A stretch of DNA of 64,000 bases from Malacoraja senta (taxonomy: Eukaryota), in contig CM075989.1 of the NCBI GenBank assembly GCA_038087875.1, positions 23,624,001 through 23,688,000 of the forward strand. Reading direction: 5' to 3'. Under the pieces are notes generated by a model that did not search any database, was not told the DNA's origin, and saw nothing but the letters and a program-made list of their open reading frames with translations. The translations under genes were made by a program, and so were the position numbers. This document shows positions 1-12,396 of this stretch, in pieces; the first letter of the stretch is position 1, and the number at the start of each line of letters is the position of its first letter.

Positions 1-319
1 GTGTGAAGAAGAGTCTCGACCCGAAACGTCACCCGTTTCTTCTCTCCAGAGATGCTGCCTGTCCCGCTGAGTTACTCCAGCACTCTGTGTAATACACATT
101 GTCTTGCTCGTTAGGCACCTCATCACTTTCAGTAAGCCCGATGTTGCCCCAGCCCACCCCCTGCACTCCTCATTCAATCCATACTTGATAGTGAATTGAA
201 TTAAATTGAATAAATTTATTAGCCAAATATGTACACATACAAGGAATTTGCCTTGGTGCTCCGCTCGCAAGGATAACAACACGATATACAGTAGACAATT
301 AAAAATAAAACATTATCCA

Positions 320-520
320 GGCAGCGGAAAGACAATGCATGATTACAATCGAGCCATTTACAGTGTACAGATACATGATAAGGGAATAATGTGTGGTGCT
401 TGCTTGCTTGTTGACTGATTGCTGGCCAAGAGACTCACTGGTTTGTTGCCTGTAGACACAGTGTAAACCGCAATCTTCATCACAAACTTCTGACCAAAGG
501 ATCAGATGAGACCCCCGAAA
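320..520 (+). pseudogene. Inverted, diverged fragment of the basonuclin last intron/terminal exon junction (also about 42885-43085)
   Basis: 451-514 matches the reverse complement of 7168-7231 at 59/64 nt and reads HSVNRNLHHKLLTKGSDET versus HSANINLHHKLLTKGSYET. The adjoining intronic sequence also aligns (gctggcca..ctcactggtttgttg and the LINE tail at about 7300-7375). Confidence 0.85.
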
Positions 521-1011
521 AAATATTTAAAGTGAGAAATGTTTCGATAGGAATCGAGGTTTAAGAGTGTGGGGCGATTTGTGGAGCTGCTTCTGTGGCC
601 AGCACGCAAATAGTCGCCTGGGTTGGGCACCATCGTGGAAGCATAGTTTCAGCATCAATGGATCCTGTCTAAAACCGGGATCCTTAGCTAACCTTTCTCC
701 TTAACTTAAAGACACTGAAGCCAAATGCAGTTATCCAAAGCCTTGCCGTTGCTAAAATCAGCCAAGATTATAGCATTCTGGCCTTTCATTAAACCATGAC
801 GGATAACTGAGAAGGCAGCAAATACTTTATTTGAAAATTGTATCCATCATATATGGCACTCACCAATGATATGAATCCTATCACACACATTACTGCAGGA
901 CTGCAATGGTTGAATTGAAATGGTATTCACCCAAATTCCTAGACTGAAAGAACTAAATAAACCAAAGTTCAAAGCGATTTTAAGAGCAGATTGAAAGTCC
1001 TATTGCATGTC

Positions 1012-1262
1012 GAATATTTTGGCTTGGAGTATTTTGGCCTGGAGTATTTTTGCCTGGAGTATTTTTGCCTGGAGTATTTTGGCCTGGAGTATTTTGGCCT
1101 GGAGTATTTTTGCCTGGAGCATTTTTGCCTGGAGCATTTTGGCCTGGAGCATTTTGGCCTGGAGTATTTTGGCCTGGAGTATTTTTGCCGGGAGTATTTT
1201 TGCCGGGAGTATTTTTACCTGGAGTATTTCGGCCTGGAGTGTTTTGGCCTGGAGTATTTTTC
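1012..1262. repeat. 15-bp minisatellite (GGAGTATTTT[G/T]GCCT), about 16.5 units
   Basis: Directly visible tandem array. The copy at 43577-43812 has one unit fewer. Confidence 0.97.
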
Positions 1263-1974
1263 ATACACAGACCAAATCAAGAGTTTAAATCACGATGCTA
1301 ATATTTTTGTGCAGATTACTTATTTGACCTGAATTGAGCGGGAGAATAAAAACAAAGAATTCTTTGTCACTGGACTAATTATGTACTAATATATCCATCT
1401 ATCTTTCCAGTCACAAGGTCTGCTAGTTGTATGGCACTTCTGTTAAAATGTTCATAGCTGCAGTAGGTAGACAGTTCACACGAACACAGGCCACAGTAAG
1501 AGGCTCCCAGCTGCCTCAATCAGCAATTCTTGCTGCACAGGTGGTTATAATTACAATCAGTTCTTGAAGCTACTTTAACGATTAATTTGGAGGCTTTCAT
1601 GCATTTCATTTCCACATTAATGCGATGTCATAGTTATGGAGTCATATAACACAGAAATAGGCCCCACAGCCCAATCCGCCCATGTCGACCAAGACGCCCC
1701 ATCTCAACGAGTCCCATTTACCTGCGTTTGGCTCATATCCCTCCAGAGCTTTGCTATCCATATACCAGTCTGAAGAAGGGTCTCGACCCGAAACATCACC
1801 CATTACTTCTCTCCAGAGATGCTGCCTGTCCCGCTGAGTTACTCCAGCTTTTTGTGTCTATCCAATTGTCTTTTAAAGTTTAGTTTAGAGATACAGCGCA
1901 AAAACAGGCCCATCGGCCCACCGAATCCGCGCCGACCAGCGATCCCTGCACACTAACACTATCCTACACACACT

Positions 1975-2956
1975 AGAGACACATAACCCCCAAGGCACAG
2001 GCGTGGCTAGAGAGGAGGGGGGGTGGAGAGGGAGAGGGAGGGGGTAGAGATTGAGGGGTGGGGGGGCGCGGCATCACTGGGGAGGGCTGGTTTCTGATCG
2101 CAATATTCCACCACTCACCCATTCGTCCCAATATTCACCACTCCCTAGAGAGGGAGGGGGGGGGGGCAGAGAGGGAGGGGGGCAGAGATGGAGGGGGGCA
2201 GAGAGGGAGGGGGGGCAGAGAGGGAGGGGGGGCAGATAGGAAGGGCCCCCTCCCACCCTTCTCCTCCTCCCTCTCCTCCCCCCCTCTCCATCCACCCCTC
2301 CCTCTCTCCCCCCACCCCCCCTATCCCCCCCCTCTCTCTGCCCCGGGGAGGGGGTAGAGAGGGAGGGGGAGCGGTAGAGGCAGCACCTACCCAGGTTGTA
2401 AAGCTCTTTGCGACGTCATCACTCGGGTGCTCCTCAGGTTATCTCGGGTTCTGTCGGGAAACCCGAGCCGAGGCGCGAGCGTACTTAGTGTGCAGTGGCT
2501 GGAAAGTCTCAGAAGCGCATTCGGAAGCCGTCGGGATCTGCAGAACAGAGCCCACTTGCTCTTTCTTTCTGCGTCTTTTGAAGAACTGGTGGGGGGGGGA
2601 GGGGGATAGGGTGGTGACGTCCCTCCTGGAAAACAGTGCCCAGCAGGCAGCGCGTTGAAAACTGCGCAGCTGGCCGCGAGGAGCAAAGGGATTGTGACGT
2701 CATCCAGCTCGCTTCAGCACATTAGATTTTAAAAAATGTCAGATTGATGAACAATTTTAGTAAAAAACCCAGGAAATAATTAATCACATTTTCAGACGAC
2801 GGGACTTTTGAAATCAAGAGGTAAATCTTTACCGGAATATGTAAACATTTCACCGTTACTGCGTCGGGTTTTCGAGGAGATGTGAATCAAAGAAATAGTT
2901 CAAGCAAGCATCCCCACAAGTAAACATCCAAGATCAGAGTTTAATAATATAATGGA
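1975..2956 (-). mobile_element. Non-autonomous Helitron-like element with G-rich and C-rich tracts and a CpG-rich core (also about 44525-45507)
   Basis: The minus strand begins A|TCCATTATATTATTAAACTCTGATCTTG..., resembling the TC-start, AT-rich 5' ends of non-autonomous Helitrons. Composition shifts sharply from the flanks. No clear 3' hairpin plus CTAG end was found. Confidence 0.4.
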
Positions 2957-3807
2957 TGTCCAAAAAGAAGTGGCTGGTAGGACAATTGAAGGCTATTTTT
3001 TTTTAATTTACAATAGTTCTTGATTGGGAGCAATTCATAAATTTGAATACTAAACTTATTCAAAAAGAGAGGGATACAGAGTAGGAATCTATAGGCAGTT
3101 ACCGTGATATCTGAAATATGGAAAATGTTAGAAGATATTATCGGATATTTTATAGCAGGGCATTTAAAATATATCAAGGTAATCGGGCAAATTCCACGGT
3201 TTAGTTAATGCGGGTATTGGTGCTCTTAGATGAAGTAACTTTTGCTGCGGATGGAGCAGGTATCAGAGGTTATGGGGATAAGGCAGGAAAATGGGGTTAG
3301 GAGGGTGAAATAGATCAGCTATGGTTGAATGGCGGAGTAGACTTGATGGGCTGAATGGCCTAATTCTGCTCCAATTACTTATGACCAGAGACCACGGCCA
3401 CTGCATTGCAAGCTTTCTCCTGCTGGCAACCCCAATGGGTGGACGTCCTTTATAGAGTAGCAAGGCAAAGTGTCAGAAACACACCGACTTGCGTCTGGTT
3501 CTGTTCAGCACACACGGACTTCATTTCAGCACCGTAACCTCCGTGTGAAGCACTTTAATCTTCTTCCAGACTTAATTCTTCCCTCATAAATTTAACCAGC
3601 ATTACTGCAACTGTAATCATGAAGCAATGTGGCTCTTAACAATCACCCTGCACACCATGTCCAAAATTAAATACAGGCAATTGAATTCAGGATAAATGCT
3701 TGTAATTTTCAACATGTGAAATGTTATTTTGTCATCACCCTCCATCAAAGAATGCATGAATACAAAATGGAAACACAAGCCTGGGGCATACATTCAACTG
3801 AGATTGG

Positions 3808-4092
3808 GTGGCACGGAGGCGCAACGGTAGAGTTGCTGCCTTACAGCGCCAGAGACCCGGGTTCAATCCTGACTACGGGTGCTGTCTGTATGAAGTTTGT
3901 ACGTTCTCCCTGTGACCACATGGGTTTTCTCTGGGTGCTCCGGTTTCCTCCCACATTCCAAATACGTGCAGGTTTGTAGGTTAAATGGCTTCTTTAAATT
4001 GTCAATAGAGTGTAGGATAGAACTAGTGTACGAGTGATCACCGGTCGGCGCGGACTTAGTGGGCCGAAGGGCCTGTTTCCATGCTGTATCTC
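3808..4092 (+). mobile_element. V-SINE (HE1-like)
   Basis: Same A/B box head, V-domain and gggccgaagggcctgtttcc tail. Confidence 0.8.
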
Positions 4093-4553
4093 GAAAATTC
4101 CAGTGAGACTTGGGAATCAAAATAGTTGGGTTGCCACAAAACACCTTGAAACCAATGTTCTGATTCACTCTGTTCCACTGGCCAGTTTTAAAGTAGCAGT
4201 TACCGTGACAACATTGGTGTGCACATTATTGTGGACATTACTCCAGCTCGCCTCACCTTCTTCTCTCTGCAACTTCACACACAAGCGAGTTCTGTTGAAG
4301 ATTCCATGACCCGACTTATTACATGTTTCACTCCCACCGATGTCACATAATTCACTGAGCTTTTTCAGTTGGTTTTCTGGTGTTAACACAAAACCAACAT
4401 TAGTGAGAATGGGCCAAGGTCTGATGTTCCTAGGAAGACTATTTCCAATAAGGAATTTTCCTTTTTTTAAAATAAATATTATAATAAAAAATGAGGCAAC
4501 TAACTTTTAAAAGGATTTATGTGTAATTATAATTGATAATTTGACTGAGGAGC

Positions 4554-5035
4554 CTGAAGAAGAGTTCTGACCCAAAATGTCACCTATCCATCGTCTCTGA
4601 AGATGCTGCCTGACCCGCTGAGTTACGCTAGCACTCTGTGAAACGTCACCTATCCATGTTCTCTGCAGATGCTGCCTGACCCACTGAGTTACTCCAGCAC
4701 TCTGTGAAACGTCACCTATCCATGTTCTCCACAGATGCTGCCTGACCCACTGAGTTACTCCAGCACTCTGTGAAACGTCACCTATCCATGTTCTCCACAG
4801 ATGCTGCCTGACCCACTGAGTTACTCCAGCACTCTGTGAAACGTCACCTATCCATGTTCTCCAGAGATGCTGCCTGACCTGCTCAGTTACTCCAGCACTC
4901 TGTGAAACATCACCTATCCATGTTCTCCACAGATGCTGCCTGACCCGCTGAGTTACTCCTGCACTCTGTGAAACGTCACCTATCCATGTTCTCCACTGAT
5001 GCTGCCTGACCCACTGATTAAACCAACACTCTGTG
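4554..5035 (+). repeat. 66-bp tandem array (7 units) derived from the Penelope-like terminal repeat (also 47105-47586)
   Basis: Unit gaaacgtcacctatccatgttctccacagatgctgcctgacccactgagttactccagcactctgt starts at about 4574, 4640, 4706, 4772, 4838, 4904 and 4970. Confidence 0.95.
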
Positions 5036-5549
5036 TTCTCACGGCTATGTTGGAATGATCAACCGACTTTGGTTCACATTATTTATCAAACCGTTTGAGC
5101 TTTGATGGTGACTAATTGTTTCATTGATTGAAATCCATTTTCAAGTGGAAAAATGAACTTGCAAACAGCCACGTGTTATAATGATAGTTTAACCTTTTTT
5201 TTACTGATGCTGTTTTGAAGATTAAATATTGATCAAAATATATGGATAACTTCCCTGTTCCACTTTGATTTTCGTCTTGGTACATCATGGGCCTGATGCC
5301 ATCTTACACTACAACACTCACTGAGATGGCAGCCGAGATTTTGTAGTTCTGAGATTCTAGAAGGGGACATGAATTCATACATTCTCCCTCAGAATACTCT
5401 TATACTTTGTGTCACCTGCAGAGGCAGAGACAGATTGCAAAGACAAAATGCCCTGTCAAATTAATAGTTATAAAAAGGGAAATCTAAATTTGAGTAATTG
5501 AATGCAATATATTTGCATACATTAAATGGGAACACAGTGCATTTTTAAA

Positions 5550-6559
5550 ATCATGTTTAATTTTACAAAGAAATATTTGTAGTTAACAAAAAATTGTTCA
5601 TTTTTTTAAGCAGAATTTGTCGTCAAGAATATTACTTGCTGATTTATTTACAGATTATCACATTGGATACATCTTTGGCAAGCTGTGATTTTTAAGCTTC
5701 TAGTGAGCATTAAGATGACCCAAAATAGCAAATATCATTGCATATCACAAAAGCAAAATGTTTTAACATTCACGATGCTATGGAACAACTTAAAGCACTA
5801 AGAAACCAACAAACCAGCCTGACACATTATATTCTTAATTTTCATTAAGTCCACAAAGCCTTACAACCTGTTCTAATTCCAGATTTCATTCCAAACCTTC
5901 ATTTTGACTAAACACACTCAACTGAAGCTGAGAAAACATTTAAAACAACAAAGGAAGCTTAATTAAATGGGTTTTTTTTGCACGTTTTGGGAATTACATT
6001 CACAGATTTCAGGAAAACTGTGACAAGAGCATTTGGAATCAGACTTGAATGCTTTAGGTTAAATTAAAATGTCTGACTGCGTTTATGGGTCTTGCCGACC
6101 AATTCATACGTAAAGCTATTTCTTCAGACACGAAACTGGAATGTGAAAAAGATGGCATAAGTGCACATGAAAAGGCATCTTTAATCAAACAGAACTCAAG
6201 CTAAAAGCTAGTATCAAAAGTGCCTTTTGATCCAGATAATCAAAGAGTCGCAACAAAGAACCTTTCATGCTATAAAAAAAATCGTATTCATAAAATGAGG
6301 TCTTGTGAACTCTGGGTTCCATTTGATTCCGATCTTCATCACCTATAAAACAGGAATGTTGGAAATCTGCATTCCATTAGTTCTGAGAACCAGAGAAGGG
6401 AGCAAAAACATGCCAACGTCACTGAAGAACTACGAGGTCCTGGCAGTTTCATGGATGGAGGAGTTCAAGATCCTCTCTCCATCACCGCAACAAATATGAG
6501 GAGAGACAAATTAATGGTGACTTCAAAATCCATCGTCCCTATAAAGGGTTGGGAGAAGT
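5550..6559 (-). promoter_or_regulatory. Probable basonuclin 3' UTR with candidate poly(A) signals (duplicated at about 48101-49110)
   Basis: Repeat-free AT-rich sequence after the stop codon. Minus-strand AATAAA at 5643-5648 and ATTAAA at 5556-5561. Confidence 0.5.
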
Positions 6560-7226
6560 TCAGAGACTCGTGGTGGAGCCGCAGAACATGTCTTTGTGCA
6601 AATTAGGGTTCTGACTGTGCCGGTTTCTACTGCGTACGGAGGAGAACATGGTGTTACAACCAAACACCTTGCACTTGTGAAGTTGACGAAGATGTACTGT
6701 TTTGTAATGGGCCCGGAAAGTCCCTTTGTTACTGTAGAGCTTCTGGCAAATGTTGCACATGATGGGCGAGTTGGCAGAAGGAGATTGCAGCAAACAGTCA
6801 ATGGGTTCTTCAACCACAGAGGATAGTTGGTATAACTTATCTTTCGCCATTATATCATCCTGCTCGAAACCCTCGTCATTGTTCACAGGGATACCTTCTT
6901 CGCTCCCAGCATCTGACTCCCAAGAATGGACGCTGCTTCCCGACTTGACACTGGATGTGGTGCTTAGATCCAGCGCTGTCCCATTGTAAAATCCATCTCC
7001 TCCTTGGACCTCATTGGAAGACTCTGGGGTGCTGTGGAAAGGAAAGCCAAAGTGTTCGCTTCTGTTCTTCCCTTTCAATATTACAGGAGTATGTCCCATC
7101 TGGGTTCTCACCAGAAGATCTTCACAGAACTCTGTTGATAAAGGTGTGGCGCTGAAGAAGTTCTTTTGGGTCTCATATGATCCTTTGGTCAGAAGTTTGT
7201 GATGAAGATTGATGTTTGCACTATGT
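6560..7226 (-). CDS. BNC1: Basonuclin terminal coding exon, copy 1 (end of finger 4, fingers 5-6, stop)
   Basis: Acceptor ttgtgttttctgtag|A at 7227 completes the split Arg codon, giving ...RSRDR-HSANINLH. Contains LDLSTTSS and CNICQKLYSNKGTFRAHYKTVHLRQLHKCKVFGCNTMFSSVRSRNRHSQNPNLHK. TGA at 6560-6562. Length 667 nt is phase-consistent. Confidence 0.93.
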
Positions 7227-8179
7227 CTACAGAAAACACAAGAATACAACAAACCAGTGAGCCTATTGGCCAGCGATCAATCAAGCAACCAAGCATTAAA
7301 CATTATACTCTGATTCTGTATCTGTACACTGTAAATGGCTCGATTGTAATCATGTATTATCTTTTTGCTGACTGGTTAGCACGCAACAAAAGCTTTTCGC
7401 TGCACCTCGGTACACGTGACAATAAACTAAACTGAACTGAACTGTTTGGATTTTGCGAGACATCAAAATATTAAAATTCACCTACAGATATTCTGCTGAA
7501 TTATTTTATTGCTACAATAACCATACACAAGCATTTTGTTTATTTAGTCTGTATTAATATTGCTTGTGGGTCTCCTGTAGTAAATCTTACCAGTTGAAGG
7601 ATCTGCCATTTTAAATACCTTGTGTTTCAGGTCAATAGGGATTAGGTAGACTTTTTAAAACTTGAATGTGACACAGAATTATGCCACCAGGGCATCTGAA
7701 CAATAACAGGCATAAACATACCAGATAAGCTTATATGGGACATCTTGGTTAGTACGGATAAGTTGGGCCGAAGGGCCTGTTTCAGTGCTGTATGATTCTA
7801 GAGAGTCATAGAGCATGGAAACATGCCCACATGTCCCACCTTCCTGCATTTGACCCATAACTCTCTAAACCTGTCATATCCATGCACCTGTTTAAATGTT
7901 TCTTAAACGTGCGATAGTCCCTGCCTCAACTATCTCCTCTCGCAGCTCGTTCCATACACTCACCACCCTTTGTGTAAAAGAGTTACCACTCAGGTTCCTA
8001 TTACGTTCCTATAAAAGTCTAACTTTATGATGAATGAAATATCATTCCATTATGATTATGTCCCTTTCATTTAAACAGTCCTTAGTTGATCAATACCCTT
8101 TAACTTTGATTCAAGTTTTTTTCAAGAAATATTCCTTAAAAGTTCTTTTAAGGAAACTTTGAGGAATTCTTTGGGATTA

Positions 8180-10497
8180 CATAGATACATAGATACATAG
8201 AAAATAGGTGCAGGAGTAGGCCATTCGGCCCTTCGAGCCTGCACCGCCATTCAATATGATCATGGCTGATCATCCAACTCAGTATCCCGTACCTGCCTTC
8301 TCTCCATACCCCCTGATCCCCTTAGCCACAAGGGCCACATCTAACTCCCTCTTAAATATAGCCAATGAACTGGCCTCAACTACCCTCTGTGGCAGAGAGT
8401 TCCAGAGATTCACCACTCTCTGCGTGAAAACGTTTTTCCTCATCTCGGTCTTAAAGGATTTCCCCCTTATCCTTAAACTGTGACCCCTTGTCCTGGACTT
8501 CCCCAACATCGGGAACAATCTTCCTGCATCTAGCCTGTCCAACCCCATAAGAATTTTGTACGTTTCTATAAGATCCCCTCTCAATCTCCTAAATTCTAGC
8601 GAGTATAAGCCAAGTCTATTCAGTCTTTCTTCATATGAAAGTCCTGACATCCCAGGAATCAGTCTGGTGAACCTTCTCTGCACTCCCTCTATGGCTATAA
8701 TGTCCTTCCTCAGATTTGGAGACCAAAACTGTACGCAATACTCCAGGTGTGGTCTCACCAAGACCCTGTACAACTGCAGTAGAACCTCCCTGCTCCTATA
8801 CTCAAATCCTTTTGCTATGAAAGCTAACATACCATTCGCTTTCTTCACTGCCTGCTGCACCTGCATGCCTACTTTCAATGACTGGTGTACCATGACACCC
8901 AGGTCGCGCTGCATCTCCCCATTTCCTAATCGGCCACCATTTAGATAATAGTCTGCTTTCCTGTTTTTGCCACCAAAGTGGATAACCTCACATTTATCCA
9001 CATTATACTGCATCTGCCAAACATTTGCCCACTCACCCAGCCTATCCAAGTCACCTTGCAGTCTCCTAGCATCCTCCTCACAGCTAACACTGCCCCCCAG
9101 CTTAGTGTCATCCGCAAACTTGGAGATGTTGCTTTCAATTCCCTCGTCCAGATCATTAATATAAATTGTAAATAGCTGGGGTCCCAGCACTGAGCCTTGC
9201 GGTACCCCCCCCACTAGTCACTGCCTGCCATTGTGAAAAGGACCCGTTTACTCCTACTCTTTGCTTCCTGTTTGCCAGCCAGTTCTCTATCCACATCACT
9301 ACTGAACCCTCAATACCATGTGCTTTAAGTTTGTATACTAATCTCTTATGTGGTACCTTGTCGAAAGCCTTCTGAAAGTCCAGATACAACACATCCACTG
9401 GTTCTCCCCTATCCACTCTACTAGTTACATCCTCGAAAAATTCTATAAGATTCGTCAGACATGATTTACCTTTCGTAAATCCATGCTGACTTTGTCCAAT
9501 GATTTCACCACTTTCCAAATGTGCTGCTATCCCATCTTTAATAAGTGACTCTAGCAGTTTCTCCACTACCGATGTTAGACTAACTGGTCTGTAATTCCCC
9601 GTTTTCTCTCTCCCTCCCTTCTTAAAAAGTGGGGTTACGTTTGCTACCCTCCAATCCACTATTTCTGGAGCTACTTCCTTAAGTACTCTGGGATGCAGCC
9701 TATCTGGCCCTGGTGATTTATCGGCCTTTAATCCATTCAATTTACCCAACACCACTTCCCGACTAACCTGGATTTCACTCAGTTCCTCCATCTCCTTTGA
9801 CCCGCGGCCCCCTGCTATTTCCAGCAGATTATTTATGTCTTCCTTAGTGAAGATGGAACCAAAGTAGTTATTCAATTGGTCCGCCATATCCTTATTCCCC
9901 ATGATCAATTCACCTGTTTCTGACTGCAAGGGACCTACATATGTTTTAACTAATCTCTTTCTCTTCACATATCTATAAACACTTTTGCAGTCAGTTTTTA
10001 TGTTCCATGCCAGTTTCCTTTCATAATCTATTTTCCCTTTCCTTTGTCCTCCTCTGCTGATCTCTGAATTTCTCCCAGTCCTCTGGTATGCTGCTTTTTC
10101 TGGCTAATTTGTATGCATCATCTTTTGCTTTGATACTATCCCTGATTTCCCTTGTTATCCACGGATGCACTACCTTCCCTGATTTATTCTTTTGCCAAAC
10201 TGGGATGAACAATTTTTGTAGTTCATCCATGCAGTCTTTAAATGCCTTCCATTGCATATCCACTGTCAACCTTTTTAGAACTAATTGCCAGTCAATCTTG
10301 GCCAATTCACGTCTCATACCCTCAAAGTTACCTTTTTTTAAGTTCAGAACCGTTGTTTCTGAATTAACAATGTCACTCTCCATCCTAATGAAAAACTCAA
10401 CCATATTATGGTCACTCTTGCCCAAGGGGGCACGCACAACAAGACTGCTAACTAACCCTTCCTCATTACTCAATACCCAGTCTAGAATAGCCTGCTC
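8180..10497 (-). mobile_element. CR1-clade LINE, 5'-truncated and inactive (copy 1)
   Basis: RT motifs NYRPVSL, QHGF, YLDFQKAFDKV, GVPQGSVLGP and FADD. Endonuclease C-terminus SDHN. 3' (ctatgtat)n tail at 8180-8205. Internal deletions and a C-run frameshift at about 9205. Confidence 0.95.
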
Positions 10498-10639
10498 AAA
10501 TTGCCAAATTCAGCTCAGGGGAAGTTGAGATCTTTAATTGATGGTGGGGGATTGAGCGGTTTACCTTTTGCCCATGGAAGTTATACATGGTTATTGTCAT
10601 TATATCTTCTCATACATTTGAATTTAACTTTCATTCCTT

Positions 10640-10951
10640 AGTTTAGTTTAGTTTGGAGATACAGCGCGGAAACAGGCCCTTCGGCCCACCGGGTCCACGC
10701 TGACCAGTGAACCCCTTATATTAACACTATCCTACACCCACTAGGGACAATGTTTACATTTACCAAGCCAATTAACCTACAAACCTGTACGTCTTTGGAG
10801 TGTGGGAGGAAACAGAACATATCGGAGAAACCCCACGCAGGTCATGGGGAGAACGTACAAACTCCGCACAGACAGCACCCGTAGTCGGGATCGAACCCGG
10901 GTCTCTGGCGCTGCATTTGCTGTAAGGCAACAACTCTACCGCTGCGCCACC
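10640..10951 (-). mobile_element. V-SINE (HE1-like)
   Basis: Reverse complement of the same family. Confidence 0.8.
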
Positions 10952-12105
10952 GCTCCCTTCTTGAAGTCGAATGTGTGTTGAATATTACAACAATACATTT
11001 AGAAGCAGTGGGGAAAAAATGGAAAGAAAATAGCTTCCATTTCCTAATCGCTCTGCCATCACACAATCCTGAATGTTCCAATACAATCTCTGATCAAAGG
11101 AATGCCAATGTTGTAACATGGGTGGGTTTATTACAACTGGGGAAAGGAGGATTCCTTGGTATTGTTTGCAGAGGAGATTCTACTCAGGGAATGCAGAAGA
11201 GGTGTGTATCCTTCCATCCAGAGATGCTGGGCTTGTCCCGCTGAGTTACTCCAGCATTTTGCGTCTAACTGCAGAAGAGGAATCTGACTTTTGCTTGAAC
11301 TTGCAGATGGAATGTGTGTTTTGATTTACTGGGTGATTTCTGATATCTGCTTGTCATGGGAGAGATGTCAAAGTTCGGCAAGGCTGGGAGGAGAAGCAGA
11401 TTCCTGGGGGGCGGACATACTATGGGAAGTATCACAGGCTTGGGAGAACCGGAGAAAATCCAGCAGTGGACAGAATATGACAAAAACCCTGTATGAAGAA
11501 GAGCCTCGGCCCGAAACGTCACCTATCATGTTCTCCAGAGATGCCGCCTGGCCCGCTGAGTTACTCCAGAGCTTGGTGTCTTTTTTTTTGTAAACCAGCA
11601 TCTGCAGGTCCTTGTGTCTACACTAACTGTAATGTTAAAATGGTGTTTGTGTCTCAAGCAGAGATAGGAATATTGGCAGTCCAGAAGCTGGATGGGGAAA
11701 TCTTGGAAAAGAAAGAGGTGAGACATGGCAAACGTGGGCAGGTAAGCCACCTGTAAATGTTCTGCAGGAGTGCAGATCTGGCACTCTGCCCTCAGTAGGA
11801 GGAGAGGAGGTAGCCTCGTGACTCCATTTTAGTACATGTAGGAAGGCACTGCAGATTCTGGTTTATACCGAAGATAGGCACAAAGTGCTGGAGTAACTCA
11901 GCATTTGAAGAAGGGTTCTGACATGAAACAACATCTGCTCCATCTCTCCAGAGAAGCCGCCTGACCCACTGAGTTAGTCCAGCATTTTGTGTCTATCTTA
12001 CATGTTAGTTGGGTTTGATAACCAGGTTCAACTTTTAGGATCAAATGTTTGGAAGTTCCATGGAAGGAGGCATTCTCATCTACCTGGAAAGACTTTACTT
12101 CAGAC

Positions 12106-12396
12106 GTTAGAGATACAGTGTAGAAACAGGCCCTTCAGTACACTTAGTCTGTGTCAATCAGCGATTTCCCCGTACACTAGCACTATCCTAAACACTACGG
12201 ACAATTTACAATTTTACCAAAGCCAATTAGCCTACAAACGTGAACGTCTTTGGAGTGTAGGGGGATCATCCAGAGAAAACCTACGCGGTCACAGGGAGAA
12301 TGTACAAACTCAATACAGACAGCGCCCATGGTCAGGATCGAACCCAGGTCTCTGGCGCAGTAAGGCAGCAACTCTACCGCTGCACCACTGTGCCAC
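12106..12396 (-). mobile_element. V-SINE (HE1-like)
   Basis: Reverse complement of the same family. Confidence 0.8.

Noticed and set aside
980..1332. Pentapeptide-repeat ORFs on both strands
   Set aside because: They arise because the 15-bp minisatellite lacks stop codons. There is no splice or codon evidence for coding.
2051..2658. Gly/Pro-rich ORFs up to 202 aa
   Set aside because: Products of low-complexity G/C tracts. The frame differs between the two copies through a G-run length change.
3808..3885. tRNA-like sequences with A and B boxes (many copies)
   Set aside because: They are SINE heads, always followed by the V-domain and LINE-like tail, not tRNA genes.
4554..5035. CRISPR-like regularly spaced repeats
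   Set aside because: The units are contiguous near-identical tandem copies with no unique spacers, in a vertebrate genome.
8132..8155. Perfect hairpin ttccttaaaag-tt-cttttaaggaa near the CR1 insertion
   Set aside because: A short AT-rich palindrome that could be chance, with no other supporting feature.
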